Of a stretch of DNA of 64,000 nucleotides, positions 11,406 to 23,400 are shown one piece after another; position 1 is the stretch's first letter, and each line of letters begins with the position of its first letter. The notes beneath the pieces are model-generated. The model was not told the origin of the DNA, did no database searches, and was given only the letters and a program-made list of their open reading frames with translations. The translations under genes were made by a program, and so were the position numbers. The stretch lies in NCBI GenBank assembly GCA_965112155.1, contig OZ218098.1. One strand, written 5' to 3'. Source of the stretch: Podarcis liolepis (taxonomy: Eukaryota).

Positions 11406-13351
11406 CACTCCCTGGTCCCCTTGCCATTCTTAGTGGAATAGCAGGTATGCATTCCACCCCTTCACCATTCTCAAAACAGAAAGTGTGATGCAGAACTTAT
11501 ATGTATGAAGACAAGATAAAGTCACACAGTTCTTCCCCTTTAAAGGAGGTGAGGGAGAGATCAATATAACTTGGGTTTCCACATCTGAGTCTAAATTTGC
11601 TGGATCCCCTCACATGTGTGTAGGTTACAAAAGGGGATGGTCTATGAATCCTTTCTTCACAAACTCAGAACCTAAGGTGTACTGCTAGCTTAGTAAGTGT
11701 ATATAAATAGAGCCTCTGAAAATATGTGCAAATTTCCCATGAGAATTACAATAGAAACCACAGCCTCTGCAAAAAGGATCGTACCAAGTGAGATAACAGA
11801 AGCAGACCTTCCTTCTATGCTTCAGCAATATTCTTTGCATATTTATTGTACCTACACACTCCCTCCAGCACTGAGAGTTTATCTTTAGAAAGTTTTTTAA
11901 AGATAAAAACTCATGACAGCTGTATGCCCCATCATGCTTTGAGTGGGCAACAAAACAAATTAGAAAATGAATGTGAATATTGATAGATTTATAAAATCAC
12001 TTTAGCTAGTAGAACACTGGTCAGCAACTAGGGGGCCCACTTTGAGGATCAGATTATAGGTGGTGGACACGGTCTTACGGCCCATTGCCAATCCATATAC
12101 TTGTGTGGGTGTTTCCCTCACCCAAGTTTAGCCCCCAATTTATCCAAGTCAATGGACCTCAGGTACTGAAAATGGGAAAGGCCTTTGCCTGAGATCTTTG
12201 TAAGGTGTTTCCAGTCAGAATTAAACTATTACTCCAGTCCAGCCCAGTGCTGTCAAACTCAGCATAATTGAGCTTCGTGTTTTCAGAAGAAGTGGAACCA
12301 CGCTTGAGCTATGCAGATGGTAAGACCCAATTCTCAGTGGCTAGATTCACCAGTTTCAGGAACAGCCTTACCATTATGCTGGTGTCTGGGGAAGGAGGTT
12401 TTTGCATACCATTAAAAATGATCACATTGCCAGTTATTTAGTTTGTTATACTTTAGCACCATGAGGTGGAGCGCTGTTTGCATTTTCTGCCTCAGATTCC
12501 AAAGTCTCTTTGGCCATCTCTATTTGGGAATCAGGTTTGCAGTTCACTCCTATATAAGCAAATAGATAGCTGCCATTTACTTCTGTGGTAAAATGTAGGG
12601 CACATGGGGACACTGTTGTGACAGAAGCACAATCTCATCCAGGGAGGATCAATGTGTGTCTGTAGAATAAATGCACCACATTTGCACATAATGTGAAAGC
12701 ATGGTTTATCGGAAGGAGGAAAGAGCCAGAGGAAGGTTTCAGGCTCATGTGCTTCTCTCCTCTCACCCGCCTGCCACTCCTCCTGTCGCATGGCTGGGAG
12801 AAGGACCTCAGTTTCACACTCCACTAATTTGTACAAACTAGAGATTGTGGCTTAAAACAAAGGCCTGATTCTCATGGCTTAGCGTGATGTGGATGGTGGA
12901 TTAGTGTTATGTATGAACCGGGCCATAGAAATGTGCTGCATCTACAGAGGTCATTGCCATAGAGAAGTCCATCATAATGGTAGTAACCATAATGGCAAAT
13001 ACAAATAACAGCTGCTTACTAGAAAATGAATAGCAGTTCAATAGCATAATAGCAGTTAAAAGCCATTATGGGATGTTTGTGCAGACTGTCATAAGACATA
13101 ACATTTGATATTTAGGACCTTTTGGGGTGTTTACATTCAAGCAGCAGAAATTAAGGCCTACTCAGAGGAGGGATCAGGATGCAGCATGGCTTGCACCTTC
13201 TATTTGCTTTATGTTTAGATACACATATCACATGAAAAACAGCTGATGCAGACAGATACTTCCTAGCAAATATTTGGCAAATGCTGCTCTGCATTTCATC
13301 CGGAAGATGGCATTCTTTGCATCAAAGTGCCTATACTTCCCACAGCTCTTA

Positions 13352-13424
13352 GGCTTTCCTTAAAGATTTCCCACCTAAGCACAAATCTGGCCTGACAGCC
13401 CTATAGTTATGAGATATGGCAGAT
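13352..13424 (-). pseudogene. Degenerate 5S rRNA-derived fragment (5S pseudogene or 5S-headed SINE)
   Basis: TCCCACCTAAGCACAAATCTGGCCTGAC matches reverse-complemented 5S (TCCCATCCAAGTACTAACCAGGCCCGAC) at 21/28 by eye, with weaker flanking similarity. Confidence 0.45.
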
Positions 13425-14290
13425 TTAATAATAGCCCAAGGTCCCAAGTACGAAAAAATATCATGTTACAATTTAAGTAAAATGGATGAAGCTCTGAAAA
13501 TGTGTTCTCTTTCTGAAACTAGATAAGCATGTTTAGTGTTTTAAAAGCACTGAACGATGTCTGAAAACGTGGCTAATATTTGAGTGTAAAATATATGCAT
13601 TAGCAGCACCTTGACATGTAGCCAAAGAGTTGCATAGTTTGGTGACATCTCTACCAGTGACCTTGATGTCTGATGCTGACCCCTCCACCCTAATGCAATA
13701 GCAACATATTTGCCTCTACTTTGCTCTAGACTGTAATTAGTTCCATAACCATCTACCTATTTTAGCCGGCATATAAGAGGTTTTATGGGGTGCATTTTGA
13801 AACATAATATATGAAGCAGGCGTGCATGCAACGTCCTCCGCTGGTCTTTCTGGCATAATCAACAAAGGCCAAGCACTTCACTTTTAGCCTGTGAGCAAAC
13901 TTGAGATATGTTTCTCAGATGTGAACATGGGAAGACCAAAGGCAAACTGTAAGGCCTGCCAGCTGGATGTACTGGAAAGGTTACTGAAAGATTACACAAC
14001 AGAAGAGTGGCCTTTGAGATAAAGATAATCTTTTATGTAAACTTCGCTCTTGGACGAGTTGGTGAGTAATAAGGTGCCCTAGATTATTGATTCTACTGAT
14101 AGATTTTAAGAGATACTCAGCTGGTTTCACTATTATTTTTCCTTATTCCCTAAACTGGAATAAAACCTGGATTAATACACAGTGTGTTTAACATTGTCTT
14201 CTTACTGACTAAGATGGAATAAAATCTAGATTAGTGCATGGTGTGTCTGACCTTACTAGCTATTATATTTTTCAGGTTGACATAATAATC

Positions 14291-14455
14291 ATGCAGCGGT
14301 TCATGTCTGCTGATACCAGTGCAGAAAAGCTGCATCATTCCCATGAAAGCACAGGTGCTGTTCAGATGAGGATCAAAAATGCCAACAGCCCCCATGACAG
14401 ACACAGCCAAAGCAAATCTATGATACTGTCTGATAATGTGAAAGTCATTGAGCCC
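14291..14455 (+). CDS. ARHGAP15: ARHGAP15 first coding exon (exon begins 14276; ATG at 14291)
   Basis: Acceptor tatttttcag|GTTGAC and donor CCC|gtaagt; 55 codons, MQRFMSAD...KVIEP. Confidence 0.95.
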
Positions 14456-17400
14456 GTAAGTACTGCTCTACAATAATTTTCTGTGTCCAGTCATTTGTTT
14501 TGTTATACAGTGGTACCTCTGGTTAAGAACTTAATTTGTTCCGGAGGTCTGTTCTTAACCTGAAACTGTTCTTAACCTGAGGTACCACTTTAGCTAATGG
14601 GGCCTCCTACTGCTGCTGTGCCGCCACCGTGCGATTTCTGTTCTCATCCTGAAGTAAAGTTCTTAACCCGAGGTACTACTTCCAGGTTAGCATAGTTTGT
14701 AACCTGAAACGTTTGTAACTTGAAGTGTTTGTAACCCGAGGTACCACTGTATATATTTTTGCATTTTTTGAAGTCTTCTGAAACTAATTAGATTACCTTC
14801 TCCAGTATAGAGAGGACTAGAGTATCAGGAAACTTTGCCGGAGACACCAGAAAACCATTAATCAGCCACTGATTCATACCACTGAAATTTGTCCTTCACC
14901 CTTGCAGAGGTTAGCAGCAGCATGGCGGTCACACCTTATCAAACAGTTATATGCCTATTAGAATTGAGTCATTACTGGCTCCCTCACCTACAGATCACTT
15001 TCTCCTAATCCTTTCCAAAACACAAGCTCTGGGGTGTGTTCTGCCATATGTGTTGGACCTGATATAATTTGAGACAAGCCCATAATTACATTGGCAGCCA
15101 TGGGGTGCCACATCTCTTCAGAAAAGCTTGCACGGATATGTGTGTTGAAGGCCCCCAAGACCAAAAACCTTGTGGTTCCTCAGCACCATTCCTGTCTTAA
15201 GTTCCTTACACCAGATACAGACACTACAATTATTGATGAGTGGACAAAGTATCTGATGAGGGAGATGATATATTTACAGTGGTACCTCGCAAGACGAATG
15301 CCTCGCAAGACGAAAAACGCGCAAGACGAAAGAGTTTTCCGTTTTTTGAGTCGTTCCGCAAGACGAATTTCCCTATGGGCTTGCTTTGCAAGATGAAACG
15401 TCTTGCGAGTTTGTTTCCTTTTTCTTAAAGCCGCTAAGCCGTTAATAGCAGCTAATAGCCGTGCTTCGCAAGACGAAAAAACCTCAAGACGAAGAGACTC
15501 GCGGAACGGATTAATTTCGTCTTGCGAGGCACCACTGTATAGAGACATTCATATATTTATAAATAACAGCTACTTCTCCTTTCTGCCCAAAGAGATACAT
15601 CTGGGAAACATTTGCATCTTCCCCTTCATCCAGTCAGGTTTCAGTTATAATAGCCAGGTCAGCGTGTCCTTCCTGGACAAGATCAGAGACAGTAATTGTT
15701 TTTCCATTAGCTGATCTGGAATTTTCTAGTTTCACCTAAACAACTTCAAGGAACCACACAGCAAGGCTACTAGTAACAAGGCTGGGAGATGGGCTGGAAG
15801 GAGAAGTAGCTTGAAGACCCAACTTTCCCTCACCTGACACATCCATCCCATCGCCATATCACTCTGTGTCCATTATAATTCCAGTGGTAGCCCTTTACTA
15901 AACTACCGTTTTCAGTAGGGGCTGTGCCAATTCATTGTACCCCATCCTCCTAGACCTTGCCACACCCTCATGTGCCTTTCCTCCTCATGCTGCCACTGAA
16001 GCCAAGCCAGATGAAAAGTCAACCTGGTAGAAGTAGCAGCAGCATGGGAAAGGAGCCAGAAGTGGTGGCTGATCAGCCTGAATATTTGCTGCTGCTAGCA
16101 CTGCCTTATCCATTCTGACTACTCATCCTAATAGTGGACTACCAGGTGTGCTGGTCGCTGCTTCTGACCACCTTCTTCCATCCTGAGCTGCTTTTCCTTC
16201 TGAGGCAACTCTAACCACTAATTCTAACCACTGGTGGCAGAAGCAGCAGATCCCCAAGCTGGCAATGGAGGAGGAAGGTGGTGAGTAGTGGTGTCTGCTG
16301 CCTGGGCTTCTGGATCCTGTGGGCAGGGGCCCCAGGGTTGGCAGGCAGAGGAGCTAACGGGGGGACGGGACGACTGCTGATGCCTGTCCTGGCTGTCCCT
16401 CTGCATTTCACCTGGACCACCCACCCACCCTCTGCCTCTTGTAAGAATAAATAAAAATGGCAAAACATCGTAGATTTATTGTTCACCTGCTGTTATGAAA
16501 AACTGTAACTTACACAGTAATATAGTTTTCCTCCAAATGTTAGTGTCACTGAGAACGTTTCATGCTGGCTGGCACAAAAGGCAGGGGGAAGGAAAGTAAT
16601 TTGCCTGCATAGGATGGGGCCAGAAATGGCATTGTGTAGGATCAGTGATACTTCACAGCTCTCTTTTTCCCTGCTGGGTAAGCATTCTTCAACTGAATAA
16701 ACTCCCCTCCTCTGTGAGTCCCATGATGACTGACCCCATGGGGAGTGGGGTGGGCATTAGAATTGCAGGAAGCGGGGCAGGAGGAGGGAGGGATGAAGGT
16801 GTTTAGTTTCCCTCTCCCTGCAATCGCCCTTGTATTGCTCAACTGACTAGGAAACAGCTGTGATTGGTTAAAAGGGGGCTGGATTGAAGGGGAAAGGGCT
16901 CCTTTTGAGGAAGAGCAGGATATAAATTAAGTAAATAATGGTAAAAAACAACCCTCCACTTTATCTGGAGCCCCTCCCACCTTCCTGCTTCTTGCCTAAT
17001 CAGTGGGGAGGTTATGTATAATTTGGAAGTGGGCCAGAAGCAGCCTGGGGACTGCAAATTGCAAAATGCCTGAACATTCTTGGAGATTATGCATATTGGT
17101 CAGAAAATGTGCATATTGCCCAGAGAATGTGCAAAATGAAGTTGAGATACGTACAACCCCCCTAGTCTCTTGGGAATTATGCCTTGTGAATGTACAAAAT
17201 TCAGTCACTATATTCACATTCTCCAGGCCTGTTGGGAGTTATGTATAGTGACCAGGAAATGAAGGATTATGTGCACATTATCCATGAGGCCTGGTGAATT
17301 GCACAATGGCCAGATATTATGCACATTAACTGCTCAACACACTCTCCTTAACACATAGATATAATTTAGAAAGTAAAAGCAATTACACAGTTCTCCTGCC

Positions 17401-20400
17401 ATCTCACTAGAGATGAATAAAAATAGGATGTTTCCCAAACCCATTTCCACCCTTACTCAAATAAACATATTCAACTACAACCAGCAGATATATAAGGCAC
17501 TTCATGATATTCCTGTAACAGACAATTAAGGTATAATTAAATGCCAGGGCATTAGAATGGGAAAAAAATCAAAGCAAGGGAAAGCAAAAATTACCCCCCC
17601 CCCCAATGTAACCTTCTTTCCATTCCACCTGAGGCATTTTAGGTACTCATCCATCCACTCACCTACAGTCATCTTTATGACCATTCATATTCCCACAGTG
17701 ACACTGTGGCTTCAGTGGTCCAATAATTCAGTGGCATTTTCTGCTTTGTTACGTAGTTTGGGAAAGCATTTGAAGAAGTCTTGCATCTCTTTATTCCATA
17801 GAGTAAGAAACACGTTCAATGGGAAATTTTGGATTGCCAGCTGTGCCCATGTAAAGCTCTTACGAAACAACCAAAAATCCTTTGTGTTGCAGACATTGGA
17901 TTATATTTCTGAAAGACATGGCCTAACATTGTATTAAGATAGGTAAATGAGAAATGAAAGCTCTTCCTAGCATGTAACACTTGTTAATGACCTGTGTAAA
18001 AATACTATGATTGAGATTATTTGTGATATTTAAAAACTGGAGTCTGAAATAACCCTGACACATGACAGAGAAAGCCAAGTGGTACTGGATTTGTTTATTT
18101 TATCCCTTCTGAAAATATTTAAGCGCTAATACTTTAGAGGTGAACTCTGTTGCCAGTCATGTCCCTTCCCTTTTACTCATCCTGTGCTACTAAACAAACT
18201 GATTGGTGTGAGCCTCCCTTGGTTCATTTTCCTCCATAATGGCTGCAACTTGCAGCTGAGGCCATATGATATTGCAAAATTATTTATGCAATGTTAGTCA
18301 CTCGCTTTGGATTCCAGCTCAGTTTTTCAAATCAGAGCAAATAAGTGAAAGCCCAAAAACTCTGCTAGCATCCCACACCAGCACCAAAAATTTCTCTTTT
18401 CAGAGCCATGGAAGCTATTAATTGGCTATTCTGCTGATATGACAAGCCCCTATGAAATATTCAGCTATTTAACTGAGACAGTAAATGGAATAATCTTGCT
18501 GCAGTTGTTGGTTCCCCTCCCTGCACCCGCCCTTCTGCTATTTTTACCTCCATGTTCAAATGCAAAATTAACCACAGCCGTTTCATCACCATAGCTCAGC
18601 AAATACATGATTTTAATTATTCTTCTCTCAGTTGGCAGAAGTAAATCTTTAGTTCAGAGAAACTTGCATTGCATTTCAGAACTGAATCCCTTCCTCTCTC
18701 CCCCCCCCTCGATATCAACCTAGTAGCTGATGAAACATTCATTTCCTTATGTTTGCTTTCCAATTTAAAACTATCACTTGCTGGCGACACATTTGCACGT
18801 AGTACTTAAAAAACACACACACCAACCCCCAACCCCCATAAGTGAGATGTTCTGTTAGGAAGTTAAAAGAATGTTTACTGTAATTTATTTGGAAATAGTA
18901 TAATGTATTATCAGTANNNNNNNNNNNNNNNNNNNNNNNNNNNNNNNNNNNNNNNNNNNNNNNNNNNNNNNNNNNNNNNNNNNNNNNNNNNNNNNNNNNN
19001 NNNNNNNNNNNNNNNNNNNNNNNNNNNNNNNNNNNNNNNNNNNNNNNNNNNNNNNNNNNNNNNNNNNNNNNNNNNNNNNNNNNNNNNNNNNNNNNNNNNN
19101 NNNNNNNNNNNNNNNNNNNNNNNNNNNNNNNNNNNNNNNNNNNNNNNNNNNNNNNNNNNNNNNNNNNNNNNNNNNNNNNNNNNNNNNNNNNNNNNNNNNN
19201 NNNNNNNNNNNNNNNNNNNNNNNNNNNNNNNNNNNNNNNNNNNNNNNNNNNNNNNNNNNNNNNNNNNNNNNNNNNNNNNNNNNNNNNNNNNNNNNNNNNN
19301 NNNNNNNNNNNNNNNNNNNNNNNNNNNNNNNNNNNNNNNNNNNNNNNNNNNNNNNNNNNNNNNNNNNNNNNNNNNNNNNNNNNNGTTACATAACTTTCGG
19401 TCTGGGATGAGGCTAGGTGGGGTGGGGAGGAGAATACTTGGGGATGATAAAAGAAAAAAGGATTCTAAAAAGTTCCACCAGACACCAAACATTTGCTGCT
19501 AATCCACAAGCATAACAGTTGCAATTTATGTTCTTTTGTAGGGAGCTGAAAAAGTTGTGCTTTCTTAGCAGCTAATTATAGAGACGCAGGGTATGTCATT
19601 TCACCATGCAAACTTGGCTCTGATATAATAGATTGAAAGCTTGCCATGCTCCTCATTTCCTCGCTCTTTCTAGTATTTTCATCTCTCTCATTTTTCCATG
19701 CAGAGTTTCCTGACTAGATATTGACAGAATGCAAAGTATTTTGGCATATTTGCTCGAGCGAGTCTGTTAAGTGGCTGGCGAAAGGCAAACGGGAAAGGCC
19801 CAAAGTCTTAAGCAAAACCCCAAACATTACAAAACACATCCTGAAAAACCAGTAGGATTCTGAATGGGAACGATTTGCACAGAAGTGCATGTTGGTTGAT
19901 TGTTGTGCCAAGAGTCCTAGAACAGGGAAGGTTAAAAATCTTTCTCTGCCTCATATTTTTGAAATTAAATTACGTCCATCACATTTGTAAGCTACAACAA
20001 CTATATTGCAGTTTGTGGGGTTTTATGAAAAGGTGTACCTGTATAAATCTGGCAACACCAAACAAATGTATATCTATTTGGCAGAGCAAAAGTCCAATAT
20101 AGCAGGAAGCAAAGCAGAGGAAGTTGGAAATACCTGTATCCAGCTTCATGCACCCATACACAGATCTTTCTCCTAGATTTGCGAGTAGATTATACCCTGA
20201 TTTTGGTAGGGTTTCCCAATAAGCATTTTAAAGTGCAGCCTCTGTAGAGCTCCATAGCTGTTGGCAATTTCACTTAAATATAATTATTGTCAGTTTTATT
20301 TGGATTTCTTTACTGTGTAACCCATCCTGGGACCTTTGGGTGACAAATGGGTAATAATCATCAGTGGTAAATAAAATATTCAATGAGCACTATTTTAATG

Positions 20401-23400
20401 TTAATCATTTATATATAAACATGCTTTTAAGTATTTATGTGTATAACATTAGCATAACTCTACAGATGAGATTTTTTTAAAATGGGCAAAAGCTGCTACT
20501 AAGTCTAGAGTTGGCCTAGAATTGGAACCCATAACTATTAAGCTCAGCACTTTGCTCACCGATCCAGTCTGGTTCATTGGGGATGTGTAATCATAGGGTG
20601 ATAGCCCGTGGTGCCTGTTGATGAGTCAAACAGACATCTTCTCACACAGTAGGAATTCCCCTTCCTCTCCTATTCCATGCATTTCACCACTCACCCATAC
20701 AAATCTCTTTAGCAGGGCTGGGACAACCTCTGTAGAAGATTTTGGGGACATTGGGGGAGGGTGGAGGCTGCAACATTAAGTTTTGTAGTGGATTAAAATA
20801 CTTTCACCAATTAAGGTGCGCCAATTCATGGGAAACCAGATATTTTTTTAAAAAATCATAAGTAAATTTTAATGCACATACTATAAGAACTGCAGGTAGC
20901 AGATTTGATATTGCAGGAGACTTTCCTACTACTACTCAACACAGGATGGAAGTTGCTTCTAATATAGTTTTCTGTGATGCATGTACCATCTGAAAATGTA
21001 GAAATTACCCCCCCCCCCACAAAAAAGCAATTGATTTGTTCATCAGAATACATATGTGGATTTAATTCACTAAAAACTAATCAATCGAAAGCCATATGAT
21101 TAATCAGCTAAAAGTTCTTTAATCAGGTGACAGCTCTAGTTTCATTGTATTCATATTCAGCAATCTACTAAGCCTGCTGTATTGGAACTTTTGACTCTGT
21201 GCCAATTTTTCTTTGCCAACTCACTGAATTTGTCTAAGCCTTCAGATGTTGCTGCCAATCATACAAAAATATATGCTGCAAAACATAGTTGAAAAAGTAC
21301 AAGGCCTTTTGTGGCAACCATGAAATATTAAGGTTCGTTTGATGTTGCAGATGTGGAGAACATGTTGTATTTTTAACATTCATGGCTGCATACATGTACA
21401 TACTGGGACTATTTTTCAGATCGAGATCAAATTGTTTCACCAGTATGCATATAGGACTGGTGCTGTCAGCTGGCAACTTGGAGCAAGAAGATGCTTAGTC
21501 CTTCTGTAGCTTTGCCTAGTTTTCAGTGGGAACTTCCATGCTGCTAAGACTAGTCCATAATAGATGAAATGATATTAATGTCTTATCTCAACTACACAAA
21601 TCTTAAGGCTGAGCATGGACTCTATTAAGCAAGAGCTCTTCCTATGCTTTCTGTTCATATGCAGTCCCTCATTGTGCATGAATATTAACCATTTTCATCT
21701 CTTAAATCTCAGAGAGGTGCATTTTGTCTCATTCAGTGCAAATTCAAAGCATGTAACGTCTTTCATTGGAGCTCAGATTAAGAATAAGAGTCTGTTTAGT
21801 CATTCCAAAATGTTAATGAATTAGAGTTCTTTTTGATTAGATGAAACAGACTTGGTTGTCTTATTTATCTCTCTAATACACTATCAAAGATTCAGGAAGC
21901 CGTTTTCCTTTGTTTCTTGCTATCCTCTTTCTCCTCCCCCTTCCCGGAACCTCGACTACTTGCCAAAGTTACAGCTAGCCAAAGAGACAAATAAAATTGC
22001 TAAAATTACTGGTGCTTCTGTTGAGTAGAGCTTTTTGAGCAACGTCAGGAGAGGCGAGACTGTTGTGTGTGTTTACTTCACATCAAGCTTGTAGTCAAGT
22101 TTGAGGCTTGCTTTGTGAAGATTGTCCCGAAGTAGATCCTGATATTTAATTAATATGACATTAAATCACATTGAATTGATAAGAGTTGGCATCTCAAAGA
22201 AAGGTAATTGCCCGTATTGGTTTTGTACAAAAATAGAGCTGCTTGGAAAATGTGCAGCTAACACAGACTGTCAACTCCATTTATAGATCAATACGTGAAA
22301 ACCGTTGATCAGGCAGGCATGTGTAACAGTAACACTTTGCATTTATTTCTTGTTTTTCTACTGCATTAAGGCTTACAGGTTTATCAGCTTCCAAAATATT
22401 TTGACTTCTGCGTAAATATGTAATCTGTTTAGTTTTAATTAAAAGAGACTGCAGTCCTTTCAAAATTGTTTCTAGCTTCATGATCTCCCCCTGCCCCCTC
22501 CCCCAGTTATAGCTGCAGGTAATTTTAGTTTAAAATGGATTATTTCCTTCTTGGAAAAGATCATTAGAACACATTTTTAAAAGAGTATATTTAGTGGAAG
22601 GGCTTTTTTTTTTTTTTTGAAGATTTGTTTTGCTTTCTACTTTGTTCTTTCCTGGGAGAAATATAGACACTAACAAAAACATTTTCTCAAGCAATAATGG
22701 GCAAGACACCCATAAGATTCTGTTTTCTAATAAAAAAAAAACCTTGCTGCTTCAGATTGCCTCAAAACTAAAATTATTTTACTCCTCGTGCCGTCCCTCC
22801 CCTGTCATCCCCCCCCCCCTCAAGAGCTTATTTTCTTAGCCTTTACTGAACACAGAGACATTGCACATGACAGTCAGTGCACTGGATTATATATGGCTCC
22901 TCCATCTTGACTTTTACCGTGAGGTGCTATATGACAAAATGGCAGCGTCCAAATGGAAAAAAATCTTGGCTGACAGATTGAAAGAATAAATTGAAGGGCT
23001 CTCATGGTTGGTTCAAGACCAGCATTGAAAAGTATCTGTTCCCAGCCAGTACTTATCTCAACAAATTAACATCTGTGACAGTCTGGAGCACAAGCTGAAT
23101 GCAAATAACCATTTATCAAGTGGTAGCCTACAATGGTGTTCTATAACCAATTGCAAAATCAGTCAGGTTTTACATTTTACCAGGTGGTAGTGAGAATTTT
23201 TAGTACTATTCAGCTGACCATTTTGGGGCCAGATCACACTGCAGTTGACTTCACCTGCTCTGGATGCATTTTTGTTGGGGGCCATTGACAAGTGTGAATT
23301 GGCCCCATGTATGCCAATAATGGCATACACTGCAGATGATGACAGCAGTCACGAAATTAAAAGACGCCTGCTTCTTGGGAGAAAAGCAGTTACAAATCTA

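Noticed and set aside
15091-15714. Overlapping basic ORFs on both strands
   Set aside because: Produced by the repetitive MITE family B sequence; no coding signature.
18903-19502. Long ORFs of 165-215 aa here and at 27718-28402
   Set aside because: Artefacts of N runs (assembly gaps).
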